Of a DNA stretch of 40,506 bases, positions 40,386 to 40,506 are shown one piece after another (within the stretch, counting starts at the first letter, position 1; each line of letters opens with the position of its first letter). Under the pieces are notes generated by a model, which saw nothing but the letters and a program-made list of their open reading frames with translations, did no database searches and had not been told where the DNA came from. A program made the translations under genes and the position numbers. This DNA comes from Saprospiraceae bacterium (GTDB lineage Bacteria > Bacteroidota > Bacteroidia > Chitinophagales > Saprospiraceae), in NCBI GenBank assembly GCA_036782555.1, contig DAIPYV010000001.1, forward strand, positions 1 through 40,506, written 5' to 3'.

Positions 40386-40506
40386 ATGATCATAAAACTA
40401 AAACACAAACAAATAGTGACACTAAGTGACAATCAGCTCACTAGTGTAGGGAATGGGTTTTTGTATTTGAACAAAACCCTCACAAATCTTGATCTACCTA
40501 AGCTCA
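40386..40506 (+). CDS. Leucine-rich-repeat protein paralog, N-terminal fragment running off the window
   Basis: MIIKLKHKQIVTLSDNQLTSVGNGFLYLNKTLTNLDLPKL. The first ~80 nt are about 90% identical to the start of ORF 105..443. Confidence 0.6.
   Translation, partial: MIIKLKHKQIVTLSDNQLTSVGNGFLYLNKTLTNLDLPKL

Overview
AT-rich window (about two-thirds A+T by eye, not computed) that reads as an essentially complete genome of a siphovirus-type tailed phage. I found no rRNA, tRNA, CRISPR array or cellular housekeeping genes. Layout: (i) 1-2.6 kb, + strand: leucine-rich-repeat (LRR) paralogs, a small membrane protein, a VRR-NUC nuclease, an RHH-like protein and a KilA-N protein. (ii) 2.6-32.05 kb: one uninterrupted minus-strand block. 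It runs replication initiator and DnaB helicase, small unknowns, TerS/TerL, portal fused to a MuF domain, scaffold, major capsid, neck proteins, major tail, G/GT chaperone with a T7 slippery site, tape measure, distal tail/baseplate, two tail fibres, then an amidase endolysin and small membrane proteins. (iii) 32.05-32.6 kb: a non-coding control region with three leftward promoter-terminator mini-units and a perfect 17-bp inverted repeat around one promoter. (iv) 32.6-40.4 kb, + strand: about 20 small early genes, cut into short units by repeated promoter cassettes, a conserved leader module and intrinsic terminators. These include a lipoprotein, a protein with an SSB-like C-terminal tip and an FtsK-gamma-like wHTH protein. 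The block ends in another LRR paralog that runs off the window. No integrase, CI-type repressor, DNA polymerase or RNA polymerase was recognised, so lifestyle and host are undetermined. The items most worth follow-up are regulatory: the leftward control region, a 25-nt motif before five late genes, the early leader module, a promoter/terminator-bracketed ~240-nt non-coding unit, and a 56-nt island that is 59% C next to the FtsK-gamma-like gene. Start codons mostly lack Shine-Dalgarno sequences, and several promoters place +1 on or next to the ATG. All domain calls are motif recognition by eye and no database search was run. Coordinates of non-ORF features were anchored on the supplied ORF track.
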